Of a stretch of DNA of 64,000 bases, positions 1-8,204 are shown piece by piece. How positions within the stretch are numbered: position 1 is the first letter of the stretch; each line of letters begins with the position of its first letter. A program made the translations under genes and the position numbers. The DNA comes from a bacterium. Lineage in GTDB: Bacteria; Patescibacteriota; Minisyncoccia; 1-14-0-10-42-19. The notes beneath the pieces are model-generated. The model searched no databases, was not told the origin of the DNA, and saw nothing but the letters and a program-made list of their open reading frames with translations. The stretch lies in the NCBI GenBank assembly GCA_030690215.1, contig JAUYHD010000016.1:17681-81680 (forward strand), in the 5' to 3' direction.

Positions 1-227
1 TTGCTTTTTTCCTGATTTCTTTTTCCTGATCTGTAATAGTATTTCTAAAAGAACAAATATACAAAGAATAATAATCAACGCAATAATACCCTTCCCTACC
101 GTCATCAAAAATTCTATCCTCGTTATCTCCTCTAACGGAGAATACTATGTGGTAGCTATTTTTGCAATTCCATCTTTTTTCGGAGAAAAAATATTTTCTC
201 AAAAACGAATTTGAACTTCCTAAGAAT

Positions 228-308
228 GTGCAAGACCGGGTCTTGCACAGAAGGAACATGCTCTGGGAATTAACATATTTTTAGATTGTGCTAGGCCGGG
301 TCTTACAC
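228..308. repeat. two related 21-bp REP-like palindromes
   Basis: gtgcaagaccgggtcttgcac (228-248) and gtgctaggccgggtcttacac (288-308). Confidence 0.6.
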
Positions 309-438
309 ATTTACCATTAAAAATAAAAACAGGCGTAGGTTGTACGCCTGTGTAAAACGATTCCGATTTCCGGAGCACAGATACGCTTCATTTAAAAAAA
401 ATAACGCACGCGTACAATTCGTACGCGTGCATCTTTTT

Positions 439-711
439 TTAGTGCGTTGCATTTACCTCAACCGGGGGAAGTAGCCATCTCGGGATAGACATACAATTCA
501 TCCCATCGGTAAGCGTTTCGTAAGGACCTCGCTTACCGTGTTTATCCATACGCCTACCCTTAAAGTGCTTCGGAAATCTTACCTCCAGACAGCTACCCCC
601 GTCGCTAGTCCTTCCCGTAAGCTCGCCGACCTGTAAATCGGGGTATTCTTCCTCTCCCCCATGCTTCTTGCATAAACTAGGAAGACATACTTGAACTTTC
701 TGTCTAGCCAT
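439..711 (-). CDS. hypothetical protein, 90 aa
   Basis: ORF with AAGGAGG upstream; hairpin gcacgcgtac/gtacgcgtgc downstream. Confidence 0.65.
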   Translation of the reverse strand: MARQKVQVCLPSLCKKHGGEEEYPDLQVGELTGRTSDGGSCLEVRFPKHFKGRRMDKHGKRGPYETLTDGMNCMSIPRWLLPPVEVNATH

Positions 712-788
712 TATAAAACCTCCTTGTAGAAAGATTATTTTCTTAATATACTGTTTGCTATTGTACTCCTATTTATCAATTTTGTCAA

Positions 789-817
789 CCCACACATAAG
801 AGGCCCTATGTGCTGGG
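789..817. mobile_element. CCC..GGG hairpin element with TCAA duplication
   Basis: tcaa-cccacacata...tatgtgctggg-tcaa, abutting a minus-strand TTGACA. Confidence 0.55.
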
Positions 818-843
818 TCAATACATTTAAAAAAATCGATGAC

Positions 844-1362
844 CTAATCATCGATTTTTTTAATCCTTCGCACATGCCTCTCTTCTCCTTTGAATTCGGT
901 CTCAAGCCATAGTTTTACAACGCTTTTTGCTTCTTCATCGGAAAGAAACCGCGCGCCGAGAGACAATATATTTGCGTCATTGTGCTCGCGCGAAAGAACT
1001 ATAATTTCTTTATCACCTCCATAATATACCGCCGCACGAACACCTCGAATCCGATTTGCAACCATTGCCTCTCCTTGCCCGGAACCGCCCAAAACAACCC
1101 CTCGACTCTCGCCTGCGGTGCCGCCGCCAAGCGGCGAGCCTCGCCCGTTAGGCGGGAGCGCAGTCGAACCGCTCGGGGCAAGCCCCTCATCATCACGGGC
1201 TACTGCCTCGGCAACCAGGCGAATAAAATCAGGGTAATCATCCTGATCATTGAGCGAATGCGCGCCCATGTCTTCTACCTCATGCCCCTCGTCTGCAAGA
1301 TATCTTTTGAGCTTTTCTTTGAGCGCGAACCCCGCGTGATCTGTACCTAGATATACCTTCAT
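844..1362 (-). CDS. rpiB: ribose-5-phosphate isomerase B with in-frame palindromic insertion
   Basis: GTDHAG, DYPD, GGSGQGE, SREHNDANILSLGARF, RH.RRI motifs. Confidence 0.95.
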   Translation of the reverse strand: MKVYLGTDHAGFALKEKLKRYLADEGHEVEDMGAHSLNDQDDYPDFIRLVAEAVARDDEGLAPSGSTALPPNGRGSPLGGGTAGESRGVVLGGSGQGEAMVANRIRGVRAAVYYGGDKEIIVLSREHNDANILSLGARFLSDEEAKSVVKLWLETEFKGEERHVRRIKKIDD

Positions 1363-1595
1363 AATTTTTAATTTCTAATTTTTATTGAATGCTAAAATGT
1401 CTTAATTTCTAAACGATTTGAAAATTTAGTTATTAAAAAATTGATTATTCTTCAATTCTGCTCAGAATCTTAACATCTTGAGCCCATCGAAAGAAAAATT
1501 TGAAATTTAAAATTGTAAATTAATGTATACTGCATTTTGATTTTTGGATTTTGCATTAAAACATCTCTCTATATATACAGTACAGTAACCGTCAA

Positions 1596-2600
1596 TTAAA
1601 GAAGGGGTTTTAGGCTTTCAATATGCTTCATTAACATAGCGCAATACCCCCATTCGTTGTCATACCATGACAAAATTTTTACTAAATCGCCGTCAACCAC
1701 GCGGGTAAATGCCACATCTATGATAGACCCAAATGGCTCGCCTAAAATGTCGGAAGACACAAGCGGTTCCTCTGTTACCTTCATAATCCCTCCCCATTCG
1801 GGACTTTCTGCGGCTTTGCGCAATATAGTATTCACTTCTTCAACAGTAGTTGGGCGCCCTGCAACAAATGTAAAATCAATAACGGAACCCGAAATAACAG
1901 GAACACGCAAAGAAATGCCGTCAAATTTTCCTTTTATGCCGGGGATCGCTTTTTCAACCGCGTCTGCGGCTCCCGTATGCGAAGGAACAATATTTACGGC
2001 CGCAGCCCGCCCCCGGCGATAATCTTTCGCGACAGGAGAATCCACGAGCGACTGCGTCGCGGTATATCCATGAACCGTATTCAAAAGGGCTTTTTTTACC
2101 CCAAGTGCCTGCATCATAATACTCATAACAGGTGTTGTCGCGTTTGTTGTACATGATGCGTTTGACGAGATTTTCCCTTCCTGCAAAAACTGAATACCTA
2201 CATTTGGAGTTGCGGTTTTTGTTTCTCCGTCATCTTTCGCGGGTGCTGTGATTACAACGCGCTTCGCTCCGCCCTTCAGATGCGCTTCTGCCATCTGATA
2301 CGAAACAAAAATGCCGGTTGACTCAACGACAACATCAATCCCGAGCTCTTTCCAAGGAAGATGCGCGGGATCTCTTTCCTGAAAAAATTGAACGGGCTTT
2401 CCATCAATTAAAAATTCCCCATCCCTGCGAGACATTGTTTTCTCAAACCTCCCGTATACGGAATCGTATTTTAGTAAATATAAAAGATTGTCCGCATCTC
2501 CCAAGTCATTGATAGCGACGATATCAAAATCGTCATGCCCGAATGCCTGGCGAAAAAATACACGGCCAATGCGGCCAAATCCATTGATTGCAATTTTCAT
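1596..2600 (-). CDS. gap: type I glyceraldehyde-3-phosphate dehydrogenase
   Basis: INGFGRIGR, SNASCTTN, WYDNEWGY. Confidence 0.97.
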   Translation of the reverse strand: MKIAINGFGRIGRVFFRQAFGHDDFDIVAINDLGDADNLLYLLKYDSVYGRFEKTMSRRDGEFLIDGKPVQFFQERDPAHLPWKELGIDVVVESTGIFVSYQMAEAHLKGGAKRVVITAPAKDDGETKTATPNVGIQFLQEGKISSNASCTTNATTPVMSIMMQALGVKKALLNTVHGYTATQSLVDSPVAKDYRRGRAAAVNIVPSHTGAADAVEKAIPGIKGKFDGISLRVPVISGSVIDFTFVAGRPTTVEEVNTILRKAAESPEWGGIMKVTEEPLVSSDILGEPFGSIIDVAFTRVVDGDLVKILSWYDNEWGYCAMLMKHIESLKPLL

Positions 2601-2685
2601 AAAAAATACTGATTAACGATAATTGTATAATTGACAGAACAAGTACATTATCTATGATAATACAAGATTAACAAAGGAGAAAAAA

Positions 2686-3318
2686 GTGCTGTACCGTACA
2701 CTATGCTTTTTTGCAATCATACTTGTTTGTATAGCAATTCTTTCGGAAACAAAAAGTCACGCGGTCTCTGCTATGCCCGGTGTGCCTGCCCCCGCCGAAA
2801 TACCGCCGAAACATGAATCAACCGAAAAAAAACCTCTTACATGCGATACCTACCATCAACGAGTGTGGAAGGATATCCAAGAAATCAATAAGAGCATGGA
2901 GGGGGGGTTTATTCATCGTACGGATCTATGGGTATTAGCGCTTTCGCTTCGTATTATCGCACACGCAGAAGGATACCATGATGCCTCGTGCAAACCATTC
3001 AACTATTTTCCTGCCAAAGCATGCGAATCAACCAAACACGCGTTTGCAAGCCATCTTCAAACATCAGAAGACAAATCAAAAAAAGAAGTCACCCGAACGG
3101 CATATTCTACGCGAGCGCGGGCAAACGCAGCAGCACTCGCCTGTTTTTGTCCCGGCACGCTTACCCCCATACAAAACACATGTGATGACTGGAAAGAAAA
3201 ATCAGGAATCATCCTTACGGATTCAGGATATACCGAAGATCGCAATACTATTCTGCTTTTTTCCACACAGACAACCACCTACGGCTTTTTATACAGAACA
3301 TTTTGCAAACCCCGTTAG
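2686..3318 (+). CDS. secreted Cys-rich hypothetical protein
   Basis: signal peptide, AAGGAG RBS; stop TAG lies inside the MITE end ccccgttag. Confidence 0.65.
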   Translation: MLYRTLCFFAIILVCIAILSETKSHAVSAMPGVPAPAEIPPKHESTEKKPLTCDTYHQRVWKDIQEINKSMEGGFIHRTDLWVLALSLRIIAHAEGYHDASCKPFNYFPAKACESTKHAFASHLQTSEDKSKKEVTRTAYSTRARANAAALACFCPGTLTPIQNTCDDWKEKSGIILTDSGYTEDRNTILLFSTQTTTYGFLYRTFCKPR

Positions 3319-3696
3319 GCAAAATCGGACCGTCTTCCTTGCCGCGTCTACTAGCGAATTTCGACGATTTGAACAACGGACCATTGTTTCTTTAACCATA
3401 TATAGCATCCGTCAGACGTAGATGCGGCTTCCGATTTAGCCAAACGGGGCAAACCCCGTAGTGAAAAATAGCATGGTTGTTCTTACGCCTCATCGCTAAC
3501 AATACAATGAACCGCAAACTGTGGCGTTGGTGTAAAACAGAGAAACCCACACATCGAACAACAAAGGCGTTATGCTATTTTCTACTAACGGGGCAAACCC
3601 AGCTCCACTTTTGTGATAAGAACGCATAGATAAAGCGTGATTTTTCCATAGTATGAGTTTTTGGGAGCGCAGGCTCAATACAAAAGTGGGGCTGGG
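3310..3696. mobile_element. tandem array of three MITE-like cassettes (140, 140 and 99 bp) separated by CAAA
   Basis: 3310-3449, 3454-3593, 3598-3696, each with terminal inverted repeats. Confidence 0.8.
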
Positions 3697-3736
3697 CAAA
3701 CCCCATTGGGCACTACTGTCTTACGAGAAAAACAAC

Positions 3737-3772
3737 AAAATACCCTCGCGTTTGACGCGACGGTATTTTTTA
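3737..3772. terminator. terminator-like hairpin, repeated tcgcgtttgacgcga family
   Basis: hairpin with A and T tracts; related copies near 21915 and 36340. Confidence 0.6.
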
Positions 3773-3783
3773 TATACTCGCCA

Positions 3784-4719
3784 CTATTCATTCGGGTGGG
3801 CTTTTTCTTTTTGTAAAAGATATTGATAGGCGGAGAGCGCCGCTTTTACCGCATCTCCAGCGGAAATATTGTTCTGCTTATACATTTCGTCGGTCACGTC
3901 TCCAGCCGCCCAGATTCCCTCCTTTGAAGTAGCCGCGGTTCTGTGATCAATAATAATCTCTCCGTATTTATTTTTTTCAACCAAGGTTCCCAAAAATTCC
4001 GAATTAGGAACGGCGCCGATTTCAACAAAAACCCCGGTCACATCAAGCGTACGTTCTTCCCCGCTTACCCTATCCTTATATGTAAGCCCTTTTACAAATT
4101 TATCTCCTAATACCTTAACGGTTTGCGCATTCATAATCGCGCCTTTAAACTTTTCTGATTTTTGAATATGTTCAAATGTCACCGGATCTCCTTTAATTGA
4201 GTCGGAATATTCGAGCAAATAAATTTCGGATGCGTACGGAATTAGATCCTGTACTGCTTCAAGCCCCGCGTTTCCTCCGCCGACTACCGCAACCTTCTGT
4301 CCGGCAAAAATAGGCGCATCACACGTGGAACAAAACGCAACTCCCTTACCGTTAAATTCTTCTTCGCCGGGGATTCCCATTTTTCTCCTTCGCGATCCGC
4401 TTGCTAAAATCAGCGTCCTGGCATCATAGGTACCCGTGCCCGTCGTTACCCGAAAACCACCTTCTATTTCTTCGGCTTTTTCTACCCGCTCCGAGAGAAT
4501 CTCAATGCCTTCTTGGGCGCGCGCGTGTTCTTCTAATTTTTGAGCGAGCTCGGATCCGGGAATGCTCACCATCCCAATCCAGTTAAAAATCTCCGCGGAT
4601 ACGGACGACTGCCCGCCGAATGACTCCGCAATCATAAGCGTTTTTATTTTTTTGCGCGCGGCATATACAGCTGCCGCCACCCCTCCCGGTCCTCCGCCGA
4701 TAATAATTGTGTCGTACAT
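3784..4719 (-). CDS. trxB: thioredoxin reductase / AhpF C-terminal-like flavoprotein
   Basis: GGGPGG, CSTCD, GGGNAG, AAGDVT. Confidence 0.88.
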   Translation of the reverse strand: MYDTIIIGGGPGGVAAAVYAARKKIKTLMIAESFGGQSSVSAEIFNWIGMVSIPGSELAQKLEEHARAQEGIEILSERVEKAEEIEGGFRVTTGTGTYDARTLILASGSRRRKMGIPGEEEFNGKGVAFCSTCDAPIFAGQKVAVVGGGNAGLEAVQDLIPYASEIYLLEYSDSIKGDPVTFEHIQKSEKFKGAIMNAQTVKVLGDKFVKGLTYKDRVSGEERTLDVTGVFVEIGAVPNSEFLGTLVEKNKYGEIIIDHRTAATSKEGIWAAGDVTDEMYKQNNISAGDAVKAALSAYQYLLQKEKAHPNE

Positions 4720-4723
4720 AATT

Positions 4724-4930
4724 TAGTTATGAGTTAAGAGTAATAAGTTAGGAATAATAAGTTATGAGTAATGAGTTATGAGTTAAGAATAATAAGTTAA
4801 GAGTGATGAGTGATGAGTTATTTCACAGGCAAGCATCAAATATCAAAATTCAAATAATTTTTGCCATTAGAATTTTGGGCTTGATTTGATATTTGAGTTT
4901 TGGAATTTGGATTTTGTAGTTTGGTATTTC
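4724..4930. repeat. 7-bp periodic repeat tract (TTATGAG type) plus a heptad inverted repeat
   Basis: ttatgag ttaagag taataag ... about 13 units, then atcaaat.../...atttgat. Confidence 0.85.
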
Positions 4931-5026
4931 GCTCTAACATTCTATACGTTATAATTTTTGAATACATGGCGGAAAGATACAAGTTTTATTATACATGCTA
5001 TATGTTGCACGCTTCAAGTTACGTGT

Positions 5027-5788
5027 TTAAAGAAAATCTAAAAGGCTTTTTTCATAATTCAACGGTTCAAGCAATCGGAATCCCCACGAAATCAGCAATG
5101 GAAATTTATCAAACAGTAAAAACACTCCTATGAGAATAAGAAACGCGCCCGCTATCCACGAAATGATACGGAGTGTTTTCTGGGATTTTTCTATCCATCG
5201 GAGTGCCCGGCTATATAAAAGAGATACCGCTAAAAACGGAATCGCGAGCCCAAAAGAAAAAATGAGAAGCAACAGCCCTCCTTCAAACGCTGTTGTTTTT
5301 GCGCCCGCAAGAATAAGGACCGACCCCAATACGGGCCCTACGCAGGGAGTCCACCCAAATGCGAATGTAGCTCCAACCAAAAGAGAACTTAATGGATTCC
5401 CCGGCCGAAACCACCTGCCAAGTCCAAATGAATGTGCGCCGGCAAGCGAGGATGTTTTGATTACGCCCAGCAAAAAAAGTCCGAAAAAAATAACAAGCGC
5501 GCCCCCAATACGCGCAAGCCAAATGCGTGAAGACCCAAGAATAGTAGACCCCAAAAAACCCGCAAGAACCCCGAACAGAATAAAAATAATACTGAAACCA
5601 GCAATATACGCAATCCCATTTATAAGTATTTTTTTACGCCGGGCAAAAGAAGATAACTGTTCTCTCCCCGAAGCAACCCCGCTTATAAAACCGAGGTATG
5701 CGGGAACCAACGGCAAGGTGCAAGGCGCAAGGAATGTCACAAGGCCCGCTATGAACGCGGGTAGAAGTAATACTTGAAATTCGGGCAT
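5027..5788 (-). CDS. ccdA: cytochrome c biogenesis CcdA / DsbD-like membrane protein
   Basis: FLAPCTLPLVPAY, GWTPCVGP. Confidence 0.92.
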   Translation of the reverse strand: MPEFQVLLLPAFIAGLVTFLAPCTLPLVPAYLGFISGVASGREQLSSFARRKKILINGIAYIAGFSIIFILFGVLAGFLGSTILGSSRIWLARIGGALVIFFGLFLLGVIKTSSLAGAHSFGLGRWFRPGNPLSSLLVGATFAFGWTPCVGPVLGSVLILAGAKTTAFEGGLLLLIFSFGLAIPFLAVSLLYSRALRWIEKSQKTLRIISWIAGAFLILIGVFLLFDKFPLLISWGFRLLEPLNYEKSLLDFL

Positions 5789-5789
5789 A

Positions 5790-5935
5790 CCCCGTTAGGC
5801 TAAATCGAAAAACGTCTTATTTGCAAAACCGCAGAAGATATTTCGATGTTCGCCCTTAATTGTACTTTTTAACACCACCATTTTGTGTTTCCCCATAAGA
5901 CGCAAAGGTTTTGGTTTCGATTTTGCCATACGGGG
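5790..5935. mobile_element. 146-bp MITE with CATA target-site duplication
   Basis: cata-ccccgttaggctaaatcg...cgattttgccatacgggg-cata. Confidence 0.8.
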
Positions 5936-5967
5936 CATATATGTATAATATCACGCCTGTCGAGATA

Positions 5968-6177
5968 CTATTTTTCTTTTTTGATTTCTTCAATAGAACA
6001 ACCGATATGGGGTTCTTTTTTGGGATCGTTTCCGACCGCTTCTATATACATCGCGTCGGCTTCCAAAATACCTTCTGCTTCGCACTTAAATACGACTACC
6101 CCGCCCCGAGAGTTGTCGCGATATATAAATTTTTTTATACCACGTTCTTTGTTTGATGCAGGATTTTCTATAGACAT
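5968..6177 (-). CDS. hypothetical protein
   Basis: ORF from MSIENP. Confidence 0.5.
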   Translation of the reverse strand: MSIENPASNKERGIKKFIYRDNSRGGVVVFKCEAEGILEADAMYIEAVGNDPKKEPHIGCSIEEIKKEK

Positions 6178-6284
6178 AAAAAACGAATGGCTTGCCACGA
6201 GCGAGTGAACCGCTTGTGGCAAACGAGCCGAGTGGACTTCGTATGCGTGAGTTGGAACCAGATTATTAACGATTTAAAAGTGTT

Positions 6285-6779
6285 TCAAGAAATTAGAAGT
6301 AGTATAAGCGAACCGAAAATTGCAAGATAAGACCTTGGCAGATAATATCCGTTAACTACCTTTAGCCATCGCTTGTGCCACCAAATACTTCCCTGTGGCC
6401 CCTTCAATAATTCGCTCAGTGCTGGAAAATTCCAGTTTAGCACGAACCAAGAAAAATCCTCAATTACTGTTATGGCGATGTAAATCGCCATAATGAGCAA
6501 AAAGTTGTGGAGCAGAAGGAAGTGTTCTGCTAAAAGTATCAATGGAAGCAAAAATAAATACATCAATACGGCGTAACCGAAAAAATAAGGCACCCCGAGA
6601 ACACGAGCCATTACTTTCGTTACAAAATTGTTTTCCCCGATTATCCTGCCATACCATTTATTTTTAGGCAGACCAGCGCCCCACCCCTTATCTTTTTCAA
6701 TTAAAATTTCCAAAATAGCTATTGGGATAGCAAAGACAAGTATATTGACTGCGAAAATGATAAATTTGGACTCTAACAT
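6285..6779 (-). CDS. hypothetical membrane protein
   Basis: ORF from MLESK, several TM segments, IEDFSWF motif. Confidence 0.7.
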   Translation of the reverse strand: MLESKFIIFAVNILVFAIPIAILEILIEKDKGWGAGLPKNKWYGRIIGENNFVTKVMARVLGVPYFFGYAVLMYLFLLPLILLAEHFLLLHNFLLIMAIYIAITVIEDFSWFVLNWNFPALSELLKGPQGSIWWHKRWLKVVNGYYLPRSYLAIFGSLILLLIS

Positions 6780-6832
6780 AGATATACGTAGACACAAGTG
6801 GATTGGGTAATGTGCCTGCCTAAAACAATGAT

Positions 6833-6920
6833 GTGGACCCGCGGAGAATCGCCGCCCAGCATAGGGCGAGCCTCGCCCGCTCGCTACGCGAGCGAGGCGG
6901 GAACTCCGGCCTACCGGATG
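6833..6920 (-). pseudogene. 3' half of tRNA-Ala with a 49-bp palindromic insert in the T-loop
   Basis: matches 6935-6972 except for the insert at 6852-6900. Confidence 0.85.
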
Positions 6921-6935
6921 TCCCGACAGCAAAGG

Positions 6936-7006
6936 TGGACCCGCGGAGAATCGAACTCCGGCCTACCGGATGCAAACCGGTCGTTTTACCACTGAACTAC
7001 GGGCCC
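6936..7006 (-). tRNA. tRNA-Ala(UGC)
   Basis: cloverleaf; accgg-tttgcat-ccggt anticodon arm; G3:U70 pair. Confidence 0.95.
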
Positions 7007-7180
7007 CCAACTTCGCTCCGATATTCATCGGAGCTTCGATGGGCAAGCAAAATTTTTTACCTCTGCTTGTCCGTCCGAAGCCCTGAAGCATAGAGAGGCG
7101 AAGGCGGAAACTACGGACCTTTCGTTTAAACTCATTAGCAAAATATTATTCATTGTGCGTGTTTTCATATCTTCGGTCAA

Positions 7181-7223
7181 CCCCGTTAGATGAGCAGAGT
7201 TTGGAACGCTCTACCTAATGGGG
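7181..7223. mobile_element. 43-bp CCCCGTTAG hairpin element
   Basis: ccccgttagatgagc...ctaatgggg next to a minus-strand TTGAC. Confidence 0.7.
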
Positions 7224-7249
7224 CAAAAATAAAATCCCGTAAACGGGAT

Positions 7250-7543
7250 TTATTCTATTATTTTCAATTTGAACCGCATGTCTATTTTGTTCATGAATTC
7301 GTCGAATGCTTTTGGTATCGATACATGAAAAGATTTGAATTTCTCATTGATGAGATCACGCGGTTTTCTTTTTTTAAAATACAAAAGAAGATTTGCCATT
7401 TCTTTTTCTTCTACAAAAACGTTTGCTTCGTTGTCTGGCCCGCGAATTGAACATTCATAAGAAATGCTTTCCGGTTTTCGTATGGAATCCTTTTGGATAT
7501 CTGTAAATACAAACTCGGGCATGTCAGATACTATCCTTCGCAA
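7250..7543 (-). CDS. hypothetical protein
   Basis: ORF; start uncertain. Confidence 0.5.
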   Translation of the reverse strand: MRRIVSDMPEFVFTDIQKDSIRKPESISYECSIRGPDNEANVFVEEKEMANLLLYFKKRKPRDLINEKFKSFHVSIPKAFDEFMNKIDMRFKLKIIE

Positions 7544-7553
7544 CTATACGCCG

Positions 7554-7760
7554 TTACGCCAAGCGTTCCGCGCTGGAATTATTCCATTCTTCCTCGTCTT
7601 CGTCCTCGTCCCATTCTTCATCGTCTTCAAATTCTTCTTCGTCTTCATCCCACTCTTCTTCATCGTCGCCCGTTTCGTCTTCCTTGTCGTCGGGCGAGTT
7701 GGAATCCGGCCCTTCATCAAATGAGGGCCTACATACAATCAGATCAACAACTGATATCAT
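7554..7760 (-). CDS. small highly acidic protein
   Basis: AAGGAG RBS; D/E-rich with periodic W/F. Confidence 0.55.
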   Translation of the reverse strand: MISVVDLIVCRPSFDEGPDSNSPDDKEDETGDDEEEWDEDEEEFEDDEEWDEDEDEEEWNNSSAERLA

Positions 7761-7841
7761 GTACTTTCTCCTTCCTGTACTGCTATTTTCGATAGTATAT
7801 CAAAGAATAATCAAAAAAGCAAGTCCGCCTAAAACAGCCTT

Positions 7842-8027
7842 CTATTTAAACGGAATAAAAATGATTCGTCCCATACCCACCAATACGCCATCCTCAAACA
7901 CTTCAATGTATGGCGTCGGTCCGCCTTCCTGCTCTTCGTGACAGAGATACAAGTGGCCCTCTTCCAGCTCTCCCCGCGAAATAGGGATATTGCTTATCCG
8001 CATTCCGGGAATTGTTTTTCCTTTCAT
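7842..8027 (-). CDS. hypothetical protein
   Basis: GGAGG RBS before MKGKT. Confidence 0.55.
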   Translation of the reverse strand: MKGKTIPGMRISNIPISRGELEEGHLYLCHEEQEGGPTPYIEVFEDGVLVGMGRIIFIPFK

Positions 8028-8204
8028 GGCTTCCTCCAAATATATTTTTTGCGTCCATAACAAGGATAGCATTTTTCTCTGTAACAAAAAAGCGGAGCAC
8101 AAGCTACGCTTTCTGATTACCAAATTATCAAAATAAAAATTTAATCTTCACTGCTCTCCAAAGGAACAGAAGTGCTATCCTCGGAAGCCCCAATAACCGC
8201 TGTG

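Noticed and set aside
3310-3710. CRISPR array
   Set aside because: Units are about 140 bp with terminal inverted repeats and occur singly elsewhere; no cas genes in the window.
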